Shown here: positions 45,030 to 56,435 of the stretch, piece by piece | Layout: each line of letters opens with the position of its first letter | How positions within the stretch are numbered: position 1 is the first letter of the stretch | Origin: Epithemia pelagica | Lineage: Eukaryota; Protista; Bacillariophyta | Reading direction: 5' to 3' | Assembly (NCBI GenBank): GCA_946965045.2 | Contig: OX337238.1 | Span: 2,666,001-2,730,000 of the forward strand | Length of the DNA: 64,000 nt | Made by a program: the position numbers and the translations under genes | The notes under the pieces: model-generated | The model's input: the letters and a program-made list of their open reading frames with translations, nothing else | Told to the model about the DNA's origin: nothing | Database searches by the model: none

Positions 45030-47299
45030 CTATCAACACGATGCATTCTTCGCTATCCTAAACTTTTAGTCCAAGTTCTTAGTCAAAAAAGGGTTCTTAT
45101 TGTAGAGGCATGTCGTTTTCATGACACTCCGTAGGGATTGAGTCTTTTCCGTAAAATGCTTCTTTCAGAATGTCTTTTAGCTCAGAAATGAGAGGGAATC
45201 TTGGATTCGTGGGTGTACATTGATCGTCAAATGCTTGCAGTGCAATATCATCAAGTTGATCCAAGAACACTTCTTCCGAACATCCAGCTTCCAAAAAGGT
45301 TTTGGGAACACTCATTGCATCGTACATGTCATATAATTTGGCAATGTACGCTTCCATGAGTTCCGTATTGGTATGCGGTCTGCCGTCCTCCTGGAGTAGT
45401 CCCAAGTGGCGAGCAATGGTCGCATACTGTTCCAGGGCTTTTGGATAATCATAACCTGGATAGACTCCCATGCGGGTGGGTGTCAACGAACTGTTGAATC
45501 GAATCACGTGAGGCAACACGATACCACATGCCAATCCATATGGCAGATGAAACACAGCTCCTATTTTGTGTGCCAAGCTGTGCGCAATGCCCAAAAAGCT
45601 GTTACTAAAGGCCAAACCAGCCAAGGTCGCACCGTGATGAACAGCATCGCGAGCGTCGGAGTTGCCCGTAGCAAAGGAATCCACCAAATTATCAGTCAAG
45701 AGCTGAAGTGCGCGAAGTCCATGACCCTGCGTAAAATCATTGGCCGCCACCGACACAAGTGTTTCCGTTGCATGCGTGATGGCATCGCTACCGGCGTAGG
45801 CAATCAGGTTTGGCGGTAACTTTTCGCAAAAACTGGAATCAATAATGGCAATGTCGGGAGTCAAACGGTACGAGAACAGTGGAAGTTTCATTCCATTGTC
45901 GTCAGTGATGACAGAAAAGGGCGTCACTTCCGAAGCTGTTCCACTCGTAGTGGGTATACACACTACCTTTCTGATTTTCTATCCCAGGACCGGGAAAGGA
46001 CATGTGCGCTGTCGCAATTCCAGGAATCGGGCCGCTGCATCTTCTAGTGACAATTCAGGATGTTCGTACAACGCACGAATAAACTTGCCCGCATCCATCG
46101 GAGATCCGCCACCAAGACATAACATCATATCGGGTTTGAATTGCTGGCAAGCTTTCACTCCCATCCGGACGGTATCCATGTCAGGATCCGGGTTCACGTC
46201 GTCAAAGACGGACACAGTAAAGCCGTGCTGGACAAGGCCTCTCTTGACGCGGTCCACATACCCCAGCGAGTCCATTACTTTGTCGGTCACAATCATGCAT
46301 CGACTCATACGATCTCCTGATTTCATAGGTCTCGCGCAATCGGCCAATGCTTCCTCCAAACACCCACGATTATAGTAAATGTCGGGTGGGTTCTTGAACT
46401 GTCAATGAAAAGAAGAAGAACTATGTATGAGTTACGAGGCAGTCAACATATCGGTCAACGCAAGACTCTCAAAATCAAACACTCACCCATTCCATGTGTT
46501 TTTGCCTCGTGGCGACACACTTTATGTTCAACAAATGCATGGGTCCAACATTCTCACTCACGCTAGACCCAGCAGTGGTTCCGACACCAAGGGTAAAGGA
46601 GGGATCCACAAAATGGTTGAATTCGGTACCAATTGCACTCAAGGAGGTGGGCATGTTGGCCAAGATGCGTCCCACGGGCATTTGGCGACCATAGTGTTTC
46701 ACATGTGATGGATTCGTCGAATAAATGCCTGCCGTATGACCCAAGCCACCGTAACGTGCCAATTGTTCGGCAATATCAACCCCATTGTCAAAGTCTTTGG
46801 CCCGATACACAGCCAGAATGGGAGAAAGCTTTTCGTGACTCAACGGAGCATGGTCCCCAATCCTTGATTCCTCCGCCGCCAACACCAAGGTATGAGGTGG
46901 CACCGTAACGCCAATAGCTTTGGTAATAACCATGGCCGATTTACCAACCAAGTTGATGTTGACCTTACCGTCTCGTATCATGTTGTCTTCTAGTTTCTTC
47001 TTGTCTTCACCGTACAGAAAGGTACATCCCCGTTTTTCGAGCAACGATTTGAATTCGTCGTAAACTTCATTTACACAAACGACGCACTGTTCTGCTGCGC
47101 AAATCATACCATTGTCAAAAGACTTTCCCAAAACAATGGACCCCACAGCCTGTTTCAAATCGGCCGTTTCGTCCACCAAAATTGCTGTGCTACCATTGGT
47201 CCTCGGAGGGGATGTAGGATCCCTGCACGTGCCTATTTACTATAACCCAATTTTTACTGTAGCTCATTTTTATAGTTAGTGTATGTAAGTAAGATTGTA

Positions 47300-48160
47300 T
47301 CAAAGCAATGGGCCAAAAACCAAAAAGTGAGCGGAAGAAACGAAACGCCACATCGAATAGAGAGTACGAAGCAGCCCATACCAAACCAACAGCAACCAAA
47401 CCATCCCCAAGAGACAGCGACCAAAGGGAAGCAGCAACCAACCAGAACACAAGAGACAACACAGCAACCAAAGGGAAGCAACAACCACAACCAGCAACCA
47501 CAGAAACAGCAACCAAAATGAAACAACAACCAACCCAAAGCACAGAGACAGATTTTGCAACCGAAGGCCAAAGAGTCACAACAAGCAGAAGCACAGGGAC
47601 AACAAGCAGAAGATGCAATAAACAACCAAAAAGCACAAGAGGCAACACAGCAAACAAAGAGAGACCACAATAGGTGAAACAACAACCACAGGGAAACAAC
47701 AACCAACCAAAAGCCCACGAGGCAACACAGCAACCCATCCAACACAACAATCAATGAGACAGCAATCCAGGCAAAAGGAACCAACCACCAAAGAGAGACA
47801 GCCATCAAAGCAAGACAGGAACCAACCAAAAGAACAACACCAAAGCACCAAAACAAAACAACAACCAACCAAAGCAAGGAAACAGCACCCAACCAATCAC
47901 AACAACCAAATGAAGAGAGAGAGAGAGAGACATGGTGAGACATGCTTGAGAGGAAAGAAACAATCAAACATGAAGGAGAACTCAAAGAATGACACATACC
48001 TTGAAGGAAAGGAAGACAAGGAAGACGGACCAAAAGAGAAGCCACGACTCTCATCCAGGGTGCTAAAACAGATAGAGAACAACAATGTAAGTAAACAGAT
48101 TGAAGAGAAGACAAGAGAAGAAACAAATAGGACTTACTTTGATTGATGGGTTGATGTTTT
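47300..48160. repeat. Degenerate A/C-rich low-complexity tract (caacca/agcaac motifs), almost T-free on the plus strand
   Basis: Direct reading shows strong strand asymmetry. Confidence 0.85.
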
Positions 48161-48590
48161 GTTGCTTCCATGGTCATTCCAACATTCCACACAAAATTTG
48201 ATCGAACGAGGAAAAATGAGACCGAGAGAGGAATGAGAAACCTGCCACAGTACAGTGTGGCCCGTAGGCCACACGTAGAAGCAGTACATAACAAATGCGA
48301 CCAGGGAATGCTCGCGCGCTAGAGGAAGATTTGAATTCAGACGTGCGTGACACATCACCCGGTCACAAGTCACAAGTCACAAGCAATGACTGACGGTCGG
48401 TTGGGGTAGACACGATCAGTCTAAGTAGCAACCATCTTCTTAAATAACTCTGCCTAAGTGATTAGGAAAGTGCCTAAGTATCAGAATCTTACGGCTAAGT
48501 AGGTCTATTTTATCGGATTGTTGTCGGCATGTGGAATGTCTAAGTACTACGATTACTTAGTCCCCTCCTCGGACACAACGGAAGCGCACG

Positions 48591-48796
48591 ACATCTGCTC
48601 CTCGTCGTGATTCTCGTCGGGGGCACTTCTCAGGGGCCTAAGTCCTCGGCGGGCAATAGGTCCTCGTCGTGTACTGCCCCAAATCCGCTTATAGCGGATT
48701 TGTCGGGGCAGTGCACTCCTCGGACCTATTGCCCTTCTCGGAGTTAGGCACCCCTCGTCGTGCCTCCCTCCTCGAATCACTCCTCGGAGCAGATGT
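48591..48796 (-). other. ~206-nt imperfect palindrome / rod-like hairpin
   Basis: Stems include 48591-48601 with 48786-48796, 48651-48663 with 48722-48734, and 48681-48689 with 48693-48701. Confidence 0.85.
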
Positions 48797-51054
48797 AGAA
48801 CTACAACAGCAACATACAAAACCAACCATAGAAACATGAGAACAACACAATCTCGCCATTAAAGAAAGAGAATAGACAAAAAAGTCTAGTCACACGTACG
48901 AGCATTTCCGGCGCCTCCACCAATTGCTGGATGACCAGTGCTGTAAGATGCTGAGCAACAGAGAAGCAACCACGGAAAAAAATGAGAACAGCTGGGGTCA
49001 TTGAACCGAACCTAAACACGTGATTGCCATTCTCGTAGCAAATGTACCAGTCGCGTACCTTTGATCATTCCTTCTCCCCCCGTGGCCAAGATGAGATTTG
49101 TCTTTTCATGTTTCATGACAGCATCTGAAAGTTCAAATTGCGACATGAATGGATGGTCGTTCTTGTTGTTGTTCTCATTGGTGGCACTTGCCGTAACTGT
49201 GGGAGCGCCAACGACACATTGGAGCCAATTGGGTGGTGCACCGGCTTTTACACCGGCATTGTGACATACTTGCACGGCCGCTGCCGTGCTTTGTACAGCT
49301 CGAGGATGGGGCAAAATGACGCCAACGTTGCGTGTTTTGGCTAAAAACAAGGCCTTGGCAATGGCTGTCGACGTTGGATTGGTGGTGGGTAAAATGCATG
49401 CGACAATTCCCACCGGCGTTGCATATTTGGTAATTCCATGCACCTCGTCCTGCCAAATCTTGCCACATGTTTTCAAATCCTTGTATCGATGACGAATCAT
49501 TTCAGTGGCCAGACCATTCTTTAAAACCGTATCTTCCACCAAACCCATGTTGGTTTCGTCTGTTGACGGTGGTCGTTGTTGTCGTCGTCATCGTTGTCAT
49601 TTCATTAACGTACAAACATAAAATTAATTAAACAAATATGAGAGGTGACACATTGCATTGTCGGAAAAACACACACTATTCGTCTCGACAATTTGTCTCG
49701 TATGTACCTACGGCAATTTGTGCCAGTGGCACTCGCTGCTTGTCGGCCGCATGGGCTACGGCCAAAAAGATTCGATCCACATCGGTTTGAGAGAGTTTGG
49801 CAAATTCCTCTCGAGCTACACAAGCCCGTGCCATGAGCTCTTGTACACTGTCCGTCGGTCGTGCTGCTGAAAAGAGGGCGCTGGATTTGTTGTTGTCGAT
49901 CAGTGATTCGGCGCTACTCCATGCGGAGTGGCTGCTTTTTGGATGGTCGACAAGAAGACGGTCGTTCCAGACTCGCACTGGATGGGGTGGTGCAGGAGGC
50001 GAGGCATCTGTCATGGTCGAAAAGATCATTGCATGTCGCTTCTTGACAGTTGGGTTTTGTAACCAGCAAGGAGGAGTCATATGCGATAATAGGACCGTCG
50101 TGGATGGTAGCAGTTGAGCGTGGAGTGCCATTTGGACCAAATTTCGACTACTAGTAGCCACAGGTAGAACACTGCGGAGACCCATGTGGCTGGCTCCTCG
50201 TATCATCATTGACATGATTGCGTTGTGGAGACTTGTTGCGGTTGCGAAGTAGTGAACAGAAGTTGTTGTTGTTGTTATCTGGACTCGTTCTTTGCAGAAA
50301 TTAGAACACGGGGGAAAGAAAAGAGGAAGCGGATGATAATGCCGAATTGGGAAGCAGAACGCCTAGTCCTTTGCGGACAAGTCTACATGGCTTTGCTTGA
50401 CAACCCGATGCGGATGGAGTTCCACGGTGTCGTCTCGTCGAAGCAAAATCCGTTCTGGAAATTCGTGTTTCTCGAATATTGACGACAGGATGAGAAGTGA
50501 ACTTGTGGTTGACACCACAAGAGTCTTCGTTTGGTCTCGATTTTTCAACTCACCATTCACCATGCCGTTTGAAAAGCTTCGGTTTAAGTCCCGCGTGAAC
50601 GACTGATCAGTCGCACGGTTTCTCCATGATCAGTCGCACGGATTGGCATACATTTTTCGAGTTTTTATGGGAATCGTCAGTCGCACTCGGGCTTGAGGAA
50701 GATCGTGATATGGAACCCGGTCGAGGGGACGCACTGCATTTTTTCCGTGAACCTTACCAAACTGTTGCTTCTGCAATGCAGTAGGTCCACCTGGTTTTTC
50801 TTGCGCTTGTGCTTTAAACAGATCCTTCCTTGTGCCACAAGATCGCACCAACAACACGAAGTGATTACTTGAGGTGAGTTCTAATTATGTTCGCTGTCGT
50901 TCGTTTGTGTTTCACAACGTGATGTACATTCTCTCTATCATGTTTGTAAACGCACTTGTTTTCAGGGAGAAGAACAGCAAGCACTTTGAACCCTAGTACT
51001 CATTCTCATGAATGCGTTTTACTACTGGTATTTATATTTCTCAATTGACACTGT

Positions 51055-52266
51055 CTACGTCTCAGATTTGCCAGTTAATAACTTCTTCTTAGGGCGCTCA
51101 CCGGACTCCTTCAATGCTGTAGTATGCCCTGGAGTAAATCGCAGTGAGTCTGTTTTTGTCTCAAAGATTGTACTCGGCACCTGCTCAATGAGTCGACGAA
51201 AACACCACGTATTCTTGTCAACCAAGGAGAGTGTCGCACAAGAAGCATTGTCATCTCCACTAATCACAGCAATTCCCCTCGAGTGAACCACAGCAGTGGA
51301 GAGATAACGCGGCCCTGTTGATCGTGGAAAGGTCCACATAGTGTTTCGGCGAGTATCCAAGACATCAACAGTGTCCGGGGCTGAGAAACCTCCCATAACA
51401 ATCAGACATGATCCAACAGCTACAACTGCATGATTATTCCGTCCGATGGAAAGATTGAGCTTGTCATGACGTTTCCAGCGGCATGAGGATGGAAACACTG
51501 TACTTGATGTGTTCATTGTCTCATTGCCTGAAGGATCATGAATCTCCAAATACTCTACTGAGTCCAGATCTTCTCCATTGTGCCCAATTTCGCCTCCAAC
51601 AACAAAGATGCAGTGGCCACTGACAGCACTAGCACATCCAGACCGCGCAACTGTCATGGATGGTCCCATTATCACAGTGTGGTTGCTTGCGATAGCTGTA
51701 TCGATTATATCAACCAACGACAGATCGTTTCCGTTGTATCCACCCATGACGACAATATAGCGATTGTGCACGGCAACAGCCGAACATCCATTTCTTCTCG
51801 TAGACAATCGACAAGTCAGGGTCGTCCATTGGTTGCTGGTAGAGCTTTCCATTGATTCGGAACACAAATTTGCAACATCAATCCGTTCGATACTATCCAA
51901 GCATGAACTTCCATTCCATCCTCCAATCACGTAAACTCCTCCGCGACAAACCACCGCAGCATGACAGCCTCGGTTGCTGATCAACGGCGGTCCTTCCCGC
52001 CATTGCTTTTTTTCATCTGACAAAGTCAACAACAACACTGAGTTGGTGTAGCCTTGATCTTGTTTTTCTCCTCCCAAAACAACAACCGTCTGTGCATTGT
52101 TATCCTGTTCGGGATGGTTGAGCACAACCGATGCATGCAAACAACGCCATCCACACAAAAGGGGAGGCCAGTCATTGGTATTCCATTGCGGTGCCTCACT
52201 ATTATTGTCAACGTCCAGAAAGCAAAGCCCGGATTGCTTTGCTTGCTGTTGCAGTGTCATCGCCAT
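51055..52266 (-). CDS. Stand-alone six-blade Kelch protein (K7), ~403 aa
   Basis: Start inferred at MAMTLQQQAKQSG; intact ORF. Confidence 0.88.
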   Translation of the reverse strand: MAMTLQQQAKQSGLCFLDVDNNSEAPQWNTNDWPPLLCGWRCLHASVVLNHPEQDNNAQTVVVLGGEKQDQGYTNSVLLLTLSDEKKQWREGPPLISNRGCHAAVVCRGGVYVIGGWNGSSCLDSIERIDVANLCSESMESSTSNQWTTLTCRLSTRRNGCSAVAVHNRYIVVMGGYNGNDLSLVDIIDTAIASNHTVIMGPSMTVARSGCASAVSGHCIFVVGGEIGHNGEDLDSVEYLEIHDPSGNETMNTSSTVFPSSCRWKRHDKLNLSIGRNNHAVVAVGSCLIVMGGFSAPDTVDVLDTRRNTMWTFPRSTGPRYLSTAVVHSRGIAVISGDDNASCATLSLVDKNTWCFRRLIEQVPSTIFETKTDSLRFTPGHTTALKESGERPKKKLLTGKSET

Positions 52267-53263
52267 CGTACTTGCCAACACCCAGGAATGGACCTCAGAG
52301 TTTCGTCTCCTCAAAACCCCAGAAAAAACGAAAATGTGGCCTTCAGCGCCAGGCATCAACGGATGGACCGGAACGAAAGACGGCTGCAACGGCGGACGAA
52401 CCTCTACGGCGTCGATTTCCATCATGGTATCCTTCATCGGATGGATGACCTTGGACAGATGAACGGGTCCAAAACCATCCACGAAAACAACTACTTCGAA
52501 ACAAATCCAGATATTTCACGAACGCTGACAATCCCATTTCGAACGAAGCTTGGCCTCACTGGAACCCATTTGTCACTGAATCGGTAATAGTGCTCGTCCG
52601 TTGCAGTCTTGAGGCCCTTCTCGAAATTCTTCTGGATGTTTTGCACACACTACAACAGCATCGCAGCCAAACGCTCTTTCATCGTCCAGGGGGCATGAGT
52701 CAATGTTGCTCCGTCTCACTGTTGAATTGAATGGGAAATGGATCTCATCAAGGGAATCCCGAGAGTGTTGTGGCACTCACAATCCTGCCGATTTTCAGAG
52801 AAAGAGATGTGAGGTACATCACGTTTTTATAGAAACGATTTGAATTTGTTGTAAACTTCATCGACACATTGTCCTGCTGCGCAAATCATGCCCATGTCAA
52901 ATGAACGTAGATGCGGAAGCGCCAACGACGCATTCGAGCCGATTGGGCGCGGTGCATCGGCTTTAACAAGCACGTTCCTTGTAATAAAACCAAGATCTGT
53001 TCCGGGAAGAAGTTCCAGACGGCATCATGGTCAGAGCTTCCAACGAAGTCTCCATTCGTCGGAACAAAACGACAAAAAGATATGAACAACAGAGAAGAAA
53101 TTTGGCGCGTATGAAGAGCGACTGAAGACTGCTCGAGAAGGATTGAGTGATGTCGAGAAAATAGATCTATTGTTGGGAACAACAAAGACCAAAGACACAT
53201 TAACACTTACCATCATGACATATGTTCATAAAACTTGACAGTCAACTATTGAAGAAATCGAAC

Positions 53264-54106
53264 ATGGCCACGGAAACGCCTAGTCCTACTCCAACCACAC
53301 CACTTCTTTCCTCCTCCGATGGAGCACCAGCTACCATTGTCCAAACGAGTTCCATGTTACCGCGAATGGTAGCAATGGTGATCTTGTTCAATTTTGCTGT
53401 TGTTGCGTATTCTTATCACGTCAAGATCTACAGTTCCAAGCAAGCCCTCCTTCTGGCGGTTACTCCCGTACTTCAAGCTGTTTGGGCCTCTCTGGTAATT
53501 CGTCTTGGTAAACAAGGAATCTTTGCTACCGACTCGTTTCTACATTCCATGCCAATTTTATGGTTCCCCATGATTACAGTGTTCCTTCAAATGAGCATGT
53601 TCAGTTTCGAGATGGATGCCGTGTTTCGTATGTTGGACACGCTTCCGATTCAAGTTTTTGTTACCCTTCAAGCGATTCGATCACTTGCCATAGGAAGTCT
53701 CCTCAAGTGGCGCAAAGGGCTATTCCCCACAGTTTTTGCGTGGGGAACAGCGTTTCCAGACATGTTGTTTGGGCTCAGTGCATTGGCTCTACTGGTACAG
53801 AATCGATGGATTCATGACCAATTGTTCTTGGTCTGGTGGAACTTGATTGGGTTTGTCATTATTGTACCTTCTGGCATCACCATGTTGCAGCTTGGTATGA
53901 AGCCAACTCAATTGTACCAGAGCACTGTTTCCAACAATGTTGTGTTTGCATACCCCATGGTATTGGCACCAGGCATAGTTGTACCAATGCTGGTCAGTTG
54001 GAATGCGATTGTCGCCATGTGGGCATGGACGCGGACCAGCTCGAGAGTTGAAGCTTTCTACCAAAGACGAGCCGTCTCGCTTTCCGCCATCATTTGTGTA
54101 CCGTAG
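53264..54106 (+). CDS. Multi-pass membrane protein of unknown function (~280 aa)
   Basis: About seven hydrophobic segments; motifs LQAIR, FPDMLFG, WNLIG and YPMVLAPGIVVP; intronless. Confidence 0.7.
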   Translation: MATETPSPTPTTPLLSSSDGAPATIVQTSSMLPRMVAMVILFNFAVVAYSYHVKIYSSKQALLLAVTPVLQAVWASLVIRLGKQGIFATDSFLHSMPILWFPMITVFLQMSMFSFEMDAVFRMLDTLPIQVFVTLQAIRSLAIGSLLKWRKGLFPTVFAWGTAFPDMLFGLSALALLVQNRWIHDQLFLVWWNLIGFVIIVPSGITMLQLGMKPTQLYQSTVSNNVVFAYPMVLAPGIVVPMLVSWNAIVAMWAWTRTSSRVEAFYQRRAVSLSAIICVP

Positions 54107-54504
54107 CTTTGGTAAGAATAGCAAAAAGTGAATCTTGTTCCATCATGCTCCCATTGAAAGTCCCGGTTATTGGGCCACTCGCCAAACTCTTCAAAATATA
54201 GGTCTATCTAGACGTGTGAAAGATACATTCAATCCATCCCTTATCACCCATTAGAGTGAGTATCAAATACATGCCAATGGCAATGGTAAGCAAGAGCCAC
54301 CATACCCCGATGCATCGGGGAGGACAGCAATGCCTTATAAGCATCGCTTCCCTCTCGATTGCGATTAAGATTGAAAATATCGGAAATAGCAAAGACTCTC
54401 CACCTTATTCTCGTAGATGTGTAGTTTGTGTACCCGACCTCCCGTCATCCAGTAGCTTTTGTACTGAGCATACTTAGCCCAACATGGATCGGCTTGACCA
54501 ACCC

Positions 54505-55922
54505 TTACCATTCACGAAGCAAATTTTGTTCCTGTGCTTCGGCAAAGGCACGCTTAGTCACCAACTTTTCCCAGTCTGTCAATTGAGAAAGAATCTGGTC
54601 TTGGTTGGTGGCCAAATCGGAACAGAAGCAAATGGTTTTTTCTACCAGTGTCGATCGATGCATTTTCGAAGCAACTTTCAAAGCAGCCACCACATGGGCA
54701 CAAGTAAAGGTTGAAGAATCGGAACCTTGCGGCTGTAGTGCTTATGCAAGACAGGCAGCAATTTGGGGTTGATCAAAAAACAATGTAACTTGTTGCAAAA
54801 TGAGGGCGTACTCATCAGGCGTCAGTTCGGAAAAGACAACATTAGACCAGTCGGGATCCTGGATTTGCGTTCAATAATGTCCCAATCGGCGGATCTCGAC
54901 ATTTCCTCCAAAAGAACTTTGAGAGAGGGTTGTTTTGCAGCAACATCCGATGGCACGAGCACCGATTCTTGTACATCTACTTCAATGTCTTGATCCTCGG
55001 CGGTATTATCCACTTTTGTACCGCCCATACTCACGTGGGAACGTGGAACATAAATCACAGGCGCTTGAATGGCATCTTCGCACTGTGGGGGAACATACGT
55101 CGCTGGTCCTGAACCGACGACTTCCACTTCTGCCTCATCATCGTCGTTTTCAGCTTCTTCTTGATTTGAAGGTTCTTCTTCGACCAGCAGGCAAATTTGA
55201 AGCGATGGATTGGTGAAAAAGCGACCGGACGTGGATACTTCCAGTTCCAAAAGATGTGATATGGTAATGATTCCACCGAAGTAGGAACACAGCCGGAGTT
55301 AGTACCGGAAACAGTACGGGGAATGGTAAAGGTTGCGGAATGGCGAGCATAGATGAGTTCGCGAAATATTTCTTGCAACTCCCATGAAATGTCCTGAGCT
55401 TGTTGTACGGTCTTGCTTTGCGTGGCCAAACTGCCTTGGCACAGCAAAGGTAGGGTAAAGTCCATGGACAACAGAGATTGTGCCCTACTCCGTGCATTGG
55501 AACAGGCTTTCCAACTGAATCTTTGTAGCAAGGTGGCCTTGACGGAATCAATTTCTTTCGCCGAATGATTGCGACACGAAATATTGATCCGGCAGTCTTG
55601 ACCTTTGTGCACACGAATATTGTCAAAGTTTGCTGCCCTCGATGTAAACACTTGTTTCTTCCTTGCCATGAAAGGTGATATCCAAGGCCGAGGCCAACAC
55701 ACCCTTGGGATCGTTGACGATTTGTACCACAAATCCTTGTATCGACTCACCGGCCTTGGCAACGGCAATCAAAGGGGCTACTGCTGTATTTTCTCCTTCT
55801 TCGCCGTCTTGTCGTTTGCAGCGAGCTTGTCGTCTTCGTTCTATTTCTTTTTCTACAGGCGACAAGGGTGCCTCCATGGATGGATGATCTGGAAAGAGAA
55901 TGAGTAATTCAACCTTCTTCAT
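54505..55922 (-). pseudogene. Alpha-arrestin with an internal deletion and frameshifts
   Basis: Same MKKVExLILFPDHP start as 40914. It jumps from FHGKEET to AANFDN (about 0.6 kb missing), PPQY has become PPQC, and there is a further frameshift at ERK/IQDP. Confidence 0.8.
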
Positions 55923-56435
55923 GGTTCTTTTGTGCTTGTTGATCTCTAGTAGTACCTGGGGGTAGTTTTTGACGAGCAAACCAATTTGTGTGCATCGTCC
56001 TGAGAGTTTTGTCTCGTGGAGGACTGTTCACTCGCGATTTTGGGCGCTCTTCATGGAGACGTGTGGTGTCATCGATCGTTCTCATCATCATGGTACGTTA
56101 CCGGTGCGTGTGAGTCGTTCTGATGACTATCTACACCATTGTTGTGTTTTTATCTTTTCTGTTTGGTATCTTCCTTGCGAATTGCGAAGCGAGAATTTCG
56201 ATGTCCATGTGGTCGCGCTTAGAAGTCGCGCATACACTTTTCCTGTCACGAGTAAGTCCCGTTTCGATTCACGACTAGACAATTTCCGCGACTGAAGCAT
56301 TCTGGATTTTCTCTTCCGAGTTACCTACCTACCTACCGGTAGTTCTTGCATTCTTTGTTCGCAAGAAACCCGAGAACAACAACACCAAACAGGCACAAAG
56401 CCAAGAACAAACCCGGTGATTCAATGTAGTACATT

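Larger units (their letters stand above)
47185..48899 (-). other. adhE intron 3 (1715 bp) containing a ~1.6-kb insert bounded by an 18-bp imperfect direct repeat
   Basis: Donor GTACGT and acceptor GCACAG. tcctcggag(gg/ca)gatgtag occurs at 47200-47217 and 48781-48798. Confidence 0.75.
45097..50215 (-). pseudogene. adhE: Bifunctional aldehyde/alcohol dehydrogenase with N-terminal presequence, five exons and a premature TAG
   Basis: Exons 50215-49708, 49559-49059, 48950-48900, 47184-46487 and 46398-45097 splice in frame at GT-AG sites. Motifs: PTTNPTST, ATGGEG, FDNGMICAAEQ, GGGSPMDAGK, PTTSGT, DAITHA, GIAHSLAH. In-frame TAG at 45981-45979. Confidence 0.9.

Noticed and set aside
7684-45981. TAG reassigned to a sense codon (in-frame TAGs in gag and adhE)
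   Set aside because: The 1895-, 936- and 891-aa ORFs contain no internal TAG, and several genes end plausibly at TAG. Isolated nonsense mutations explain the cases.
47190-48294. Long hydrophobic Cys/Leu/Val ORFs on the minus strand (346 and 186 aa)
   Set aside because: They are by-products of an A-poor low-complexity tract (few stop codons possible) inside adhE intron 3.
36522-52482. N-terminal extensions of the K1, K6 and K7 ORFs, and the K1 read-through to 4401, in the ORF track
   Set aside because: Paralogs align only from the MxxTLQ start. The extensions cross microsatellite or spacer sequence, and the K1 3' extension is intron.
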